In this document: positions 26,559 through 39,612 of the stretch, one piece after another
Layout of the letters: the number at the start of each line of letters is the position of its first letter
Numbering within the stretch: the first letter of the stretch is position 1
Assembly (NCBI GenBank): GCA_047967505.1
Contig: CM106538.1
Strand: one strand, 5' to 3'
Source: Dipteris shenzhenensis
Lineage: Eukaryota
Length of the DNA: 64,000 bases
The notes under the pieces: generated by a model
What the model saw: only the letters and a program-made list of their open reading frames with translations
Database searches by the model: none
What the model was told of the DNA's origin: nothing
Made by a program: the position numbers and the translations under genes

Positions 26559-27199
26559 TTAGGACTAGATTGTATCACGAACACTCACTAGCATATGTAT
26601 GCCTTCGCACAAATAGGTAGTTTCAATCGATTTTAACCTAGGGCTCAGAGGTGATGATTGAGTCCTACCTGCCTTATGATTCCCTTAGCAAATTAAGCAT
26701 ATAGGAGGAATGCCCACCTCACTAGTCATGCATAGCACACCCACACGTTTTGAGCACCACGAATAAAATGCACAAATAAAAGCCCCAAGAGATACTTGTT
26801 TTTGATCCACACACACAGCACCCTCATCACAAAAAGAGTAAAATGCATTAGCCACTCACAAAGGGAACATGCACTCTTGGCACATGGCACTATATTGGCA
26901 GTCAAACTAGGACTTGATTCATGTGTGCAATGCCAAGGTGAAGTGGGGGGACCTTTTGGGTCTCTACACAAAGTGGAGGGACCTCTGAAAGTGTAGGCTT
27001 TTAGTCTTTCTCTCTCTAGATCCTAATTTTGCAAGTATGATTGTATCTTTTCTAGAGAGGATTTTGGCTATCCTCATCCTTAAAGATTTATCATACCATC
27101 TTTTAGGCTCAAGATATTACAAGCAGAGCTTTGCTGCTACTCTGCACACACAATGCTCTCATAGTTGTTGTCCTAGACTGCACTTCTGGCCCTTGTCGC

Positions 27200-27572
27200 C
27201 ACATGGTTAACAAGATTTGTGAGACCTTTGGAGATATCAATGACTTGGATAAAGTGAATGCATTCGGGCTAAGCCTTGATAGTAAGGCAAGCCAATGGTA
27301 CAAGGCCTTAGGAGTGGAGGAAAAAATCAACTAGGAGACATTAAGGAAGGCCTTTTTAGTGGGTTCGCTCCCACTGGTGCGAAATGGAGTCCGATCAACC
27401 AATTGGATGAGGTTAAGCAAAAGGACCACAAAACCCTACGGGAATACAGTACTAAGATTAAACATCTAAATTCATGTTGTAAACCACATGAGAGGATGAG
27501 AAACGAATGGCTCATGCCTTGATTCCTCATTGGGTTAAGGGATGCCAAGTTGTATGATCATTTGTTCACCCT
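27200..27572 (+). mobile_element. Retrotransposon gag fragment, interrupted by the next LTR
   Basis: KVNAFGLSLDSKASQWY, QLDEVKQKDHKTLREYSTKIK and FLIGLRD motifs. Confidence 0.75.
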
Positions 27573-30500
27573 TGTTGAGGGGTAACTCCACCACCCCACT
27601 AAGCCACTACCTCCATGAAAAGAATATAGCTTGTAACTAAAAAATGGTTATCACTGCCTCCAGAACTCTCTTGGATTTTTATCTCTAAAATGATTCCTAC
27701 AGTTGACTATTATCGGACTGCACTGAGGTATTAGTCTGGTTTTGGCTCAAGCTAAGCTTAGTTGTTGTTCAAAGAAATATCAAGAGGAGAGACTTTTGTA
27801 TTCAGCTCTCCTGTACATTTGGATGTCTTGAATTATATCTATAGTCATTCTTTAAGTTATCCGCTGGTTTCTGACTGTGTGTGGTTCTATGAAATTTCAT
27901 TGCTTCCAGTTAAAGTTAGTTGAGTGTTTTGCATTGTAAATTAACCTAGAACACATTTGGTGATCCTACTCAATGTTCGAACTTGGAATCACAGAAGACT
28001 GGTGTGGAAAGGTGACGGATAGCAATCAAACAACATTCCAATTCAACAAAGAGTGAAGTGATGAGAAGACCGCTTCGCCCCACAAAACAATAAATGAGGA
28101 CGACAACTATAGACTACAAGGGAAGGAAAGCAGTGAAAGAACAAGACAACTGATACTACAACAATAGCAACTCAAGTCTAAAAAAGAGCAACAACAATAC
28201 GACTTCATTCCACCTCACACAAAGTCGCAAACACACCAAAAAGCAACACGACTTGAGAAGAGGACAAGCAGATAATCAACAAGCAAACGAATAGGAAAGA
28301 GCAATCTGACAATGCTCCGATAAGCAATCCGACAGTAAGCTGCAACCAAGCGGAACAAAGTCTGAACTGACTAGTAGAAAATAGTCATTGGCGACGAAGC
28401 ACAAGCTCTAAACAAGAACCTGATGTGAACAACAGCACCAACAATCTTGATAAAGGCAATATATCAAATCTAATTGTCATCTGCAAATAGCACGAGCATC
28501 AGAGCAATAGATGGAAGGCAAAGTCATTCTGACTTCTTCTATATAGTTCATGGAGGCACTCCGAACGAATGTTAGAAGAAACTGAGCCATCACCAAACCA
28601 CATTGGAGGCATCTACTTCACAAGGAATAGAGTTAGAGCTGAGGCTGACAACCAGACAGATCAAGATCTTGAAAATATCTTCTAAGCTCCTGATTATATC
28701 CCAAGTGGGGAGAGTTCCTCAACAAATTCAGTTCATAGCTCAAAAATTCAAGAAGTTGTAGCTGAACTCAAGGTGTTGCATGTTTCAACACCTAGTGAGA
28801 CATTCCTCAAAACTACAATGGGCACAGGAACGCATCTAGCTGTAGGCTTATTCATTGTAGCCCGATGACAAATCAACTTTAATCTCTTGCCACCCCAACC
28901 AAAAAAGAAGGCACCTGTTCTCCAAGCTGTTAGGATGCAGAAACCCTTAGTCAAAGCAGAAAAGTTCAAAGGAAAAAAGGACAAGATCCAGATAGTCATA
29001 TCAGATCATTCGAGACCCATTGGACAGCTAGTGGATTTGGAGCTCTACCTGATGTAGTAAAGAAACAACAATTTGTAGCTACTTTTGAAGGTAAGGCAAT
29101 GACTTGGTTTATGCAATGTGGTCTTGCAAATTTTACAGATTATGATGCCTTGAAAGATTTAGAAAAGAAAAAACACTAGAATCAGTTCTAAAGAAGCTTT
29201 GGAATATAAAACAAAAAGACCTATTGGTGGAGGACTATGCACAGAAATTTGAGAATCCAAATCAGAGGCTAGCTACCCTACAAAAGCCTATAGATGAACA
29301 ACTTGCTAACTACTTTTGCAAAGGACTAATCAAGCAATTGAGAATTGTAGTAGCAGGAAGAGATCAATTGGGAGGAGCAAATGACTTTAATAACATGGTG
29401 GAGGCAACTCAAAGAGCAGAGAGAAGGCTTGGTTGTAAAACAAAGTCAAAGAAAGGAAAGAAAAAAAGAGGATATGATTCTGACACAGATTTAGAGATAG
29501 AAGATGACTCCTATGCAGAGGAGGATGACAGTGATGAATCAAACTCCGACATTTTGAATGATGAATTTGAAGAGAAAGAAACCAGTAAAGCAAAGAAGAA
29601 GAGAAAGGACAAGAAGGCAAAAGCCAAGGATAAGGCAAGAACCAAAAAGAAAGAAGAAAAGAGCTCAAAAGCATACTCCAAGATAGAACAAATGAATAAC
29701 CAGAACTGGGGGGGTCAACAATAGCCCAAAATAAATCAAGCATGATGGTCGTAGACAAGGTCCACAATGTGAGCTATGGTGTAAACATAGAGAAGAAAGA
29801 GGGATCCCAATTATCCAATACAATGGAAGGGGAAACCCGAATCCTCCATAACAACCACCAGCAGGTGTGAACATGGTGAGTCTACAACCAATTGTTGAAG
29901 AGCCCAATGAGAGTCTACATCAAGAAAATGTTCAAACGGGAAAAACAGTCCATATTACTACATAGAACATATCATTTCTTGGAGTACAAAGTGATTGCAC
30001 ATCAGGCAGAAACAGAGTTGGGATAAATGAGCCTAAGGAAGCTGTAGAGACGATGGTAATAACAAGGTCAAAGGGAGAAAAACACCTAGAAGGACTAGGA
30101 GAAACTCCAAAGAATACAATCAAGCCTATTGATTGGATTGAGCAAGAAAAAGTAAGAAACAAAGCTCTAGAGCAGATCCTAGAAATCAATGTAGCAAAAG
30201 AGGCACAAGAGGTACAATTACACAGAAAAGGCAAAGCCAAATCAGTTCCCACTACAATAGGAAAGCACTTCAACTACAATCAAAAATATGTGTGGCAAAG
30301 AATTACAGAAACACAAAAGGATGGAAATGGTGATAGATATGCAAAAATGACAAATCATAAGGAGATAGCACAAGACACATTTGATGCATAAAAAGAAAGC
30401 CGGAGCCCAACCACCAAAACATATCCTCCTAAACCAGGTAATAAAATTCTAGTCGAAATACAATGGGATACCATCCAACAACCAGAATGCAGTAGCAAAG

Positions 30501-33500
30501 AGCAACTACATCATGATGAGGAAGAAGATGTCTCTAATGTGCATGGTGACACACTAATACAGAGGAAGGAGACCATCCAAAAGCAAAAAGCCCAGGGTAG
30601 GCTGATAATTTCAAAGAGCTATTACACTCAAAGGTACATATCACATTGGACCAACTATTAAATCTTTTACCAACATTCAAGGAACAATTGTTTTAAGGTT
30701 TGGAAGGAGACAACCAACTCATGGCACCAGCAACTATGATTGAAGAAGATGAAGAGGAATCTCCAAAAACCTTTACATCAACAATAGAAGAAGTGGATCA
30801 TAGAGTTCCAATAATTAATGTTGAATACAAAAGGCAACGAATACCAGATGTCTTGATTGATGGAGGATCACGTGTTAACATATTATCTGAGGAGTTATTC
30901 AAGAAATTCTGCTGTAAATGGGTTAGCTCCAGCACCATTCCAAGTGAGAATGGCTGATCAAAGAAGAATCTAGCCACTTGGCATCCTCAGAGGCCAAGAA
31001 ATTACCATTTGGGGATTATGTTTCACTGTTACATTTGTTGTACTTAGAATGGAAGAAAAAGACAACCCTTACTCCATGTTATTGGGGTAGACCTTGGCTG
31101 AGAGTTGCAAGAGTGAAACAAGATTGGGGAGCTGAGAAAATCATGATAAAAAAAGGTAAGAAAAAGTTTAAGATTTGCCTAACATCTAAAATATTTGCCT
31201 AAAGGAAGTTTCCCTCAGCATATGTAGCCATTGGAGGCAGAAGGTGTAAACATGGTGGCTAAACTTGAGGAGGATGAGGAAGAAAGCTTCCTAAGAAGAA
31301 ACCCATCTGTAATACCTATATTTAAGGTAGATGTGACAAAAATAGTCAAACAATACATTACTCAAGAGAGGAAACCACAAGCTACTGATCCAACTACAGA
31401 AAACATACAGTCAGATAGAGTTGGATGCACAATCAGAAAACAAAAATGACAACATAGCAAAAGAAGCAAACAATGAGGAGGGAACCTCAAAGGAGAACAA
31501 CAAAACAAGCATGCAAGCCATCATTGAGGCAGAAGCATAGTTTGAAGAGCATATGATTAGGAGTGCTAGAGTCAAAGAAGATGATATAGAAGAAATGAAT
31601 CTTGGTGACTTTGACAACCTCAAAACAACACTTATAAGCACTGGCCTCAACAGTTCATTCAAAGAACAACCCAAGCAATTGCTGGTTGAATATAAGGATG
31701 TCTTTGCATCAGGGATGTTTTTATCGAAACTATACTTATATATTAATATAAAATCTTGGTGAGTCTATCGAGCTAGTTTTTTAAGTTTCACAACATTTGT
31801 CGAACATACTACTATTGTATATATTTTCTCTTGAGTTTTAAATAAAAAGTTATAAATCTTGGAGAAACTTTAAATTTTTTCTCATTAAAGTTTCAAGTTG
31901 CATAGTGAGAATGAGGCACTGCAAAGTTTGAATGCAAGGATGCAGCAACTGGATGAATGGGTTGCAGTCCTAGAAGACCAAGTGCAGGTAGCAGAAGCTC
32001 ACTTAGAGGGCACACAGTAGCTGCATGTAGAGTACATTGCAGGTATTCATGATGAGCTGTTGCAATGATGTACTACCGATGGACTGGTTGAATATTTGTG
32101 AGCTTTCCTTGGTTCAGTCAGTGTCAACATGGAGCAGATGGGTTCGCTCCTTAAGGCTTTGTAAGGAGACGTGCGACAGAGGTGGGATAGCCAGATCACA
32201 CGCTGGTGAGAGGCAATGGCTCCGTCGATGTGCTGGATTATTGTTCCACACCAACACTGTCTAGATGCGGATGGTGATGTGGGTGTCAGTGCAGGGGTTA
32301 GTACCGCAAAGTGGTCCTTAGGTGCAGATAGTCTCTGGTCCGAGTCTCTGGTCCGATGGATTCAAGTGTTTCCATAGATGGGAGCAGTAATGTGGACAAG
32401 GGAAAGGAGTGGTTACAGAGTCAGCACTTACTGCGGAAGATTGGGTTGAGGCACCAATTTGGAGAGTCACGAATGAGTCGGGTTGAGTCACCTGGTCATG
32501 AAGCCTTGCCTAGTTGGAAGCCGTTTGCTTCTTGTGAGCATCGTCGTGAGGTGCAGTAGCCTAGCTTGGAGACCCATCCATTGGTGGAGGTCCGTGAGAC
32601 CAAGAGCTTGGGCACAGTTCGTGGAGGGCTGATGGAGCCAATTGCAGCCTTTGTAGTAGTGCTCAGGGTAAGGGCGGCTGCAGTGATACTCTTTGCTAGT
32701 GTCTGTTGAGCTACTGGTGATATGTAGAGTGGTGTGCAGTAGTCCGCGAGGGTGGCTGGAGGCCTGTATGCGCTGTTAAAGATTGGCAAATTTTTTAAAC
32801 CTTTATTTTTTAAAGGGCGTACAAACTTTCGACGCCAATATAAAAGTTTTGCTTCTTAATGAAACCAATTAGAAAAAATCATCCATGCTTTGCATGGTAC
32901 TATACAGACATGAAGGGTGTAGACTCAAGATTTTGCCAACATAGAATCAACCTCAAAAAAGATGCAACAGCAGTGATCCAACATAGATACATGATGAACC
33001 CCAATTATGCCGAACAAGTGAAGGAGGAACTAGACAAGCTACTCAAAGTTGGATTCATATATCCCTTGGACCATGTAACATGGTTATCCCCAATTTCAAT
33101 TGTACCAAAAAAGAATGGGAAACTCAGAATGTGTGGATTATAGGAAATTGAATGCTTCCACAATCATCGATCCATTTCCACTCCCATTTTGTGACTCATT
33201 ACTAGATGTTGTTGCAGGCCATGAGCTTTATAGTTTCCTTGATGGATTTAGTGGCTACAATCAGATAAGAATGGCTCCTGAGAACAAAAACAAAACATTA
33301 TTAACTGAATGGAAAGTATTTGCATCAAATGTGATGACATTTGGACTCAAAAATGCATGACCTACTTTCCAAGAGTACATCCACAATGTATTTGTAGAAT
33401 ACGTAACAACTTTTGTGAGAGTATTTTTGGATGATCTTTCAGTGTTTGGAAAGAGGCATGAACATCTTCATCACTTAAGACTAATCTTTCAAAAATGTAG

Positions 33501-33950
33501 GCTGCTAGGCTCAGCAGCCTTAACCCTGCAAAATGTGCATTTGCTGTCTTAATAGGAGTCCTACTGGGACATATCATATCAAAGGAGGGGATGGAAATTG
33601 ATCCTAAGAAAGTCTCTAATATTTCAAAAGGCAAATCCACCAAAGAATGTGAAACAATTACATTGGTTTGTTGGGCAAGTCAAATGGCATTGTAGCTTTT
33701 TGAGATACTTGGCTGAGATATGCTATCCACTTACAAAGATAACCAAAGAAACAGAGCCATATGTATGGGCAAAGCAAGCCCTTCCTAGTGATTGCTGGAG
33801 TTTTCTATGAGGAGATGTGTCCAAACTCATGAGCAAAAAGCTGTTCTGGCAGAGGCACATGGAGGATCAGCAGGAGGACTCTTTTCAGGTGAAATCACAA
33901 GTAGAAAAATATAACAAGCAGGCCTATGGTGGTCCACAGTCCAGTAGAAA
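27573..33950 (+). mobile_element. Ty3/gypsy element, degenerate: 5' LTR (~27573-27955), gag, protease, RT, start of integrase; RNase H deleted and 3' end missing
   Basis: LTR tgttg...aaca followed by PBS-like tggtgatcc; gag FVATFEGKAMTWF; protease VLIDGGSRVNILSE; RT WLSPISIVPKKNGKLR, YSFLDGFSGYNQI, FLDD; integrase zinc-finger start EAHGGSAGG..SGEIT..KI..AGLWW. Confidence 0.9.
31710..32887. mobile_element. Non-autonomous hAT (Ac/Ds-type) element inserted in the gypsy pol
   Basis: Termini cagggatgtttttatc / gaaaaaatcatccatg resemble the Ac TIR CAGGGATGAAA. An 8-bp TSD ctttgcat lies at 31702-31709 and 32888-32895. Removing the insert restores EYKDVFAWYYTDMKGVD. Confidence 0.92.
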
Positions 33951-33989
33951 AATGACCTTATAGGAGCACATATCGAGCCAAATGTGTCG

Positions 33990-34980
33990 ATGGGTACAGG
34001 TGCCAGGTTGAGGCAACTTCTGTCGATACAATGTTCTCAACAAGTAGCTACGTCGTTGGTTGCCACAAGACACATATGAGATCCTTACCGATAAAAGGAT
34101 TGGTTCCAGAGCCGAGGGTGATATTTCTTTGGCTAGGATACAAGGAGTCACAGGTCTAGATCTAGGCAAGTATTTTGTGGCCAAATCTTTTAAGGGCACC
34201 ACAGAAATGAAGTTCACAAAATCTTTAAAGGAAGAATCTATGTAACTGAAACGCAGAGCCTATTGGTAAGGAAGCATCTATGCAACTGAAATGCTGCACT
34301 TGCTCTAACAATGGGTCCTCCGCATTGAGTATCTATGCCTTATTTTAATGGAGGCACATTATATGAGTCACTTTACATGGTGTGTAAAGGCTCAGCTAAA
34401 CATACCGCACTCTCATAGGCTTCAACAAACCGTGACTTTTGCACCAGAGCTTGCCTATGCTCTTTGCCTAGGGTGGCATGCTTTGCATGAGCAGGGTTTA
34501 ATTCACAATGATTTTCATAGTAAGAATTTTGTGCTAGATTATACAACTGAGGACAAGTGCGGGTTGGCATTTACGATTGGAGCCACGCGACATGCAGGAG
34601 AATATATAAAGGAAACCAGTCACGTAGGTAGCCAAAAGAAACAGATTCTGAGTATAACAAAAGAATGCAAGTGGACATAAATTTTTTTGCTAATAAACAA
34701 AGGTTGGCATTGAAAGTATTTGACAGTGAAACTAGAGACCTTGAATTGCTGCAATGGATATATTTTCAATGGACTGGATACTATTAGGGCTTTGTAAATG
34801 CAGTTACTATGTGCAGGACAACATGCCATAGTTTAAGGTTTTTTCGTGCCACAGTTACTGGGCAACCAATATTAGGCTAACTAAGCACATCTCAATAGGC
34901 ATGCTTAAGGAAGATCCTAGTAGGCGAATGTCTCTCGATGTTGCTTGTCGCTAAATGTTATTTCTTATCAGGTCAAAGAA
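33990..34980 (+). pseudogene. Protein kinase-like relic
   Basis: Gly-loop-like RIGSRAEGDI, VAK lysine motif (FVAKSF), catalytic loop ALHEQGLIHNDFHSKNFVLD, and subdomain XI-like LKEDPSRRMSL near 34905; stops and frameshifts. Confidence 0.75.
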
Positions 34981-36039
34981 AACTTGCAAACTTGGCACCT
35001 TCCACAAGGGACTTTACCACTCTAGAGGCATCGATCCTAGTGGTTGTATGCAGCCAATTGCGGAAGTGGATTGCAATGTAGCCATGCTTTAATTTTTACG
35101 TATTATGTTTTACGATAGCTACCTTGTTCTATTCTATTGCACACACTCAACAAATAAGAGGGTCATCACGAGAGATTGTTCGTAGTAGCTGTATGCAGCT
35201 AGTGAAGAAAGTGCATTGCAATGCAGCCCTGCTTAAATTTTTACATGTGATTGTTTCCATTGTTACCTTGCTCTACTCAATTGGACTCACTTAAAAACAG
35301 GAGAGAATGAGAGAATGCCATAACTAAGCATTTTTCATATATGATGTTGCAACTCTTTGGCTGCTCGTTGTGTAGTACGATAACATTGTTTTCTTGCCTT
35401 TGTGAACTTATTGTGAGAGTCTGTCCAGGTACTGCACACGTATACACATACACGCACACACACACATATATACATGTCACATCAAGTAGATATCAATTCT
35501 ATATTCTTCCAAGTTCAAAGGCTGATGAATCTATCCATAATTATCGCACTAGCCATGTCATATTCCTGTCTATTAAAGGGAACACACACTTTTTTGTTTG
35601 TAGTTGCAAGTGCCATGGCTAGTCCAAAAGAACTAGCATTCTACTCTACTTCAACGAAATAGATTGCCAGGCGCTTTTTTTATAACACAAGGATGCAAAA
35701 GAACTTGGCATTTATTCAGCTATTGATTGCTCTATCCACCTTGTAGAAAATTGTCATGCGCTTAGTCAAGGCCCCTAAAGGAGAATCTTTCACAGAATTT
35801 TTACTACATGATGGTTTCAACCATACGAAATCTTTATACTAGGAAGAGGAGCGGCTCAGTTGTCAGTATTCTAACTGTCGAATCTATATGTTATTTGATA
35901 GCCACAACAAGGAGAAAGGACTGATGGAGACGAATGATGATGGGGATGGAGGGGACAAAGCTTTTGAGGGTGATGGTCACTCAGGTCACCCGCACCTCTC
36001 AACATCTATTCATCCTTACCTTGGATCTTCGTTCCCCTT

Positions 36040-38490
36040 TTCATCGTTTGAACAATTTGGATACCTTGGACGAGATATGGTTTCCTTCACTTACACCAAA
36101 CTAGGTTGATGTGTGCTCACCTCTCCCACCTAGATATGGAGCTTTGACTAGTATCCGAAGAGGTTGAGGAGGAGGTGTGGTGCGTCCCACCTACTCCCAT
36201 GCAGCTCACAAGCCATGGGGGGGGTTTCTTTAGCCTCCCCCTAGGACATGTTCTTCTTTTGGCTTTGCCAGTGCAGATGGGCCCTTGGCCACGAGAGATG
36301 TACACAAAGGTGCTGCCTATGCCTCTCCACAGAACAGAAACAAATACGGAAGTATCGGTGAAAATCAAACACTCTCAGGAACCTTTGGCAAGACAGTGGT
36401 GGTGAATGGAGTAGAGCTGCCCACTGAACCCGCTCACAATCGTAAAGGAGGAGGTAATACTGAAGGTAAAGATGAAACCTCTTGAGGACCCATTGATCAG
36501 AGCCAACCCTACCTCAACAAGTGGAGATTCTCTAGGAGAAGAACGGGCTGGTAGTAGAAGAACAAATTATGAGCATAATGAGCCGTTGTTGAGTGAGTTG
36601 AGGCTCCCTATGGCTAGCCAGGAGAAAGCTAAAGGTGTCTCGCCATAGACAAACACAGAATTTGGACATGCTGCACAACAAGATGTTGATCGAGCACAAC
36701 AGTCTGATGGGAGTGGGTGAAGGTTCTAGCTTGGGTAAGACGATTATGGCATTTTTGGATGATACTTTGCTAAATGACTCAGTTATGTGGTTGCGTACTC
36801 ATGCCTTAGTTGGTTTTCTCCTTGGAGTTAGACCCCCTTTGGCTTTTATAGAATCCTGGATAAGAACCAATTGGGTTAGGAAGAGAATGAATGTACTCAA
36901 TGTGAGGTTTCTAAAAGAAGGATTTTTTGTCTTTTTATTTGAGAAACTTGAAATGGCTACAAGAGCCATGTAACGTGGTCTTTGGACTATTAGGAATCAA
37001 CCATTATATTTAGAGTGGTGGCCTAAGGAATTTTCCCCTGGTGCCCCCAGGTCTACCAGAATTCCTGTGTGGGTAGAACTCCTTGATCTACCTCTTTATC
37101 TTTGTAATCAACTTCCCTTTTTATGTTGTGGCCTTGGAGAAGTGCTTGGGGTAGAGCAAGAGAACTTTATCAATCCCACGGGTAATACTCAAATCTGCAT
37201 CAAGATGGATATAGTTGAGGAGATGCCTAAGACCCTTATTATTATTAATATAAATGGGAGTACTTATAGGGAGCAACCCTTGATCTATAAGAATCTTCCC
37301 AACTCCTATTTTCTGTGTGGTCTTTCCACACATGTGGTCAAAAACTGTCTCCTAAAGAGGGGCAAGACTAAAGAGGTTGAGCCCTCTGTGGTTAAGCAAG
37401 CTACCCCTAATGAGAAGTGGGTCCCTAAACCTTAGGCACCTCCTCTGAACACTCAGTAGAAAGATCACTCCATCAACAAGAATGTTGGAAAGAATAAAGT
37501 TTTTGATGTACCAAATACAACCAATAAGAACCCCTTTGGACCTCTTAGGTACAAAGAGGATGCCATTGAAGGCAGCAACAAGTTGAGTCAAGAGGACAAC
37601 ATGGTTATAGAAGCTGTTTGGTCACAGGAATTTGAAGAGGATGTCAGCAGAGAAGATGCCATGGAAGAGATAAAGGAGAGTGAAGAGGAATCAAGAGGAG
37701 CAGTTGAAGGGTGCTCCAACTAATCAAGATGACCCAAGCCAAGGTAAGGCATTCACTATGGTTAAAAATAAGAGGAAACAATCTAAGGCTGCCAACTATG
37801 CAAGTTAGAAGCCCCAACCCTAGGGCTAAGAAGGGGCAGAAGAAGAATGTTAGATAAAATTTTTCCCTTCTTGACTCTTAATGTTATAGGGGTTAATGGA
37901 CTCTAGGAGAAGTGAGGAGTTAGCTTTTTCGTTGAGAGCTAACTTCTTATCACCTCTCTTTCTAGCATTACAAGAAGTCAAGGCTTGAGGAAATCTTCTA
38001 GAGGCTAGGCTAAAAGCTATAGATAAAAGAAGAGTATGGTGTTTCACTTCACATGTGGAGGGTTAGGGTGGGACAGCCACACTGGAGTCTTATCTCACTA
38101 CAATGGAGGTGTCACTCAAGTCACTGTAGATGAGCATAATAGATGGGTGATGCTTAAGTGCTTTATCAAGGAGATTGAATTTTCAATAATTTCTTTGTAT
38201 GACCCCTATTCAGCAGTGTACAGAAAAGTTTTTATGGGAATCATTACAATGTGCAGATGGTGATTGTATCACTATGGGATATTTTAATATGGTTGAGATG
38301 AAGAGAGACCGATGGCTACAAAAGGGTACTTGCATTAGAGGTGCTAAGCTGGTGTTTTGGGAAGAATGCAAAGAACACAGGCAATTGGTAGATGTGGGTA
38401 CAGATGGTGACTTTACATGGTGAGTAGGAGAGAACAGAAGGAGGGAAGCTAGACTGAACATATTTTATGTGTTAGTTCCATCTAGCTTGG
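36040..38490 (+). mobile_element. Second LINE, degenerate: ORF1 (DUF4283-like plus zinc knuckle) and endonuclease; RT missing
   Basis: HALVGFLLGVRPP..WIRTNW, GFFVFLFE, IPVWVELLDLPL, YKNLPNSYFLCGLSTHVVKNC; endonuclease LQEVK, GYFNMVE, FTW, ARLNIFY. Confidence 0.88.
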
Positions 38491-39134
38491 CTTTCTTAGA
38501 AGAGAATTCACTAGTCTAGTGCAATCTGATATTCAACTTATATGTCATGTAGACTGACTATGGTGTGCTTTGCTAGGGAAAATCAATTAGATAAAAATAC
38601 CGATACCTATGTAAATGATTAGTTCTCTTTTCACTAAAAGTGCAACTTAAATCAAATGCCAAATAGATAGGCATGAGCCCTCACATCCCCTACAAAAGCT
38701 ATTAGGTAACGATGATGCTTTCCCTCAAACCCATAATGACCTTCTAGCACTAATGTTCTCTTCTCTTAGTGTGAGAGAGTATTTACTTTCTTTATAAAAT
38801 AGAGGATCAACTAAATAATGACACAAGATGTATGTGAATACAAGAGGCTAACACTTGACACATCAAAGATGAAGCATTTTAACATGTGTGTGTCTTCACA
38901 AGCCCTCTACCAAGAGGCACTTGTGGATTACAAATGATGGTCAATAGTCCTTTGAATGGAGAGGTGAAAAGAGAACGCTTAACGATAAAATTTTAGTTGT
39001 CTTCAATCACTTACATGCCTCCTTGTTTAATAGAAGGCGTGTGACTAGTTATAGTGATGTGAATAATAGTAGCAAGTTTTTTAGTTCAAAAAAGAGACCC
39101 CTAGTGTCATTTAAAAAACATGGATTATATCAAA

Positions 39135-39612
39135 ATAATGATTTTCTTTAGTTGAACTAGATTGCTCTTTTTTGTGTGATTATGCATGTGATTTGGTGTC
39201 ACATGCAAATGAGAATAGTTGGTGTGTGTATAGGGATGGAAAATCTGAGTAGAAGCTATGAGGAAAGCTTGCATCTGTGCTACTTCCATGATGACACCCT
39301 GATGACACCTACATTTTCCTTCTTTTGAAGCCTCTTATATTATTGATGCAAATACATGTACCTTTTACATTTTTGCTCTTTCTTAACATGGATTGCACCA
39401 AATTAATGATTTTCTTTCTATGAACTAGATTGCCCTATTTTGTGTGATTATGCATGTGATTTGAATGGTGTTGTTCACATGCATATGAGAATAGTTGTTG
39501 TGTGTAGAGGAATGGAAACTCTGAGAAAAGATTGCATCTGCTACTTGCGTGATATAGACCTACATTTTTCTTCTTTTGAAGCTTCTTACATTATTAATGC
39601 AAATACATGTAA
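39135..39612. repeat. Diverged tandem duplication, ~270-bp unit
   Basis: tgaactagattg...tgtgtgattatgcatgtgatttg...gcaaatacatgta occurs twice (39150-39360 and 39420-39612). Confidence 0.85.

Noticed and set aside
35500-35880. Possible Ulp1-like protease remnant (VIFLSIKGNTHFF) after the kinase relic
   Set aside because: Only one weak motif; catalytic residues not traceable.
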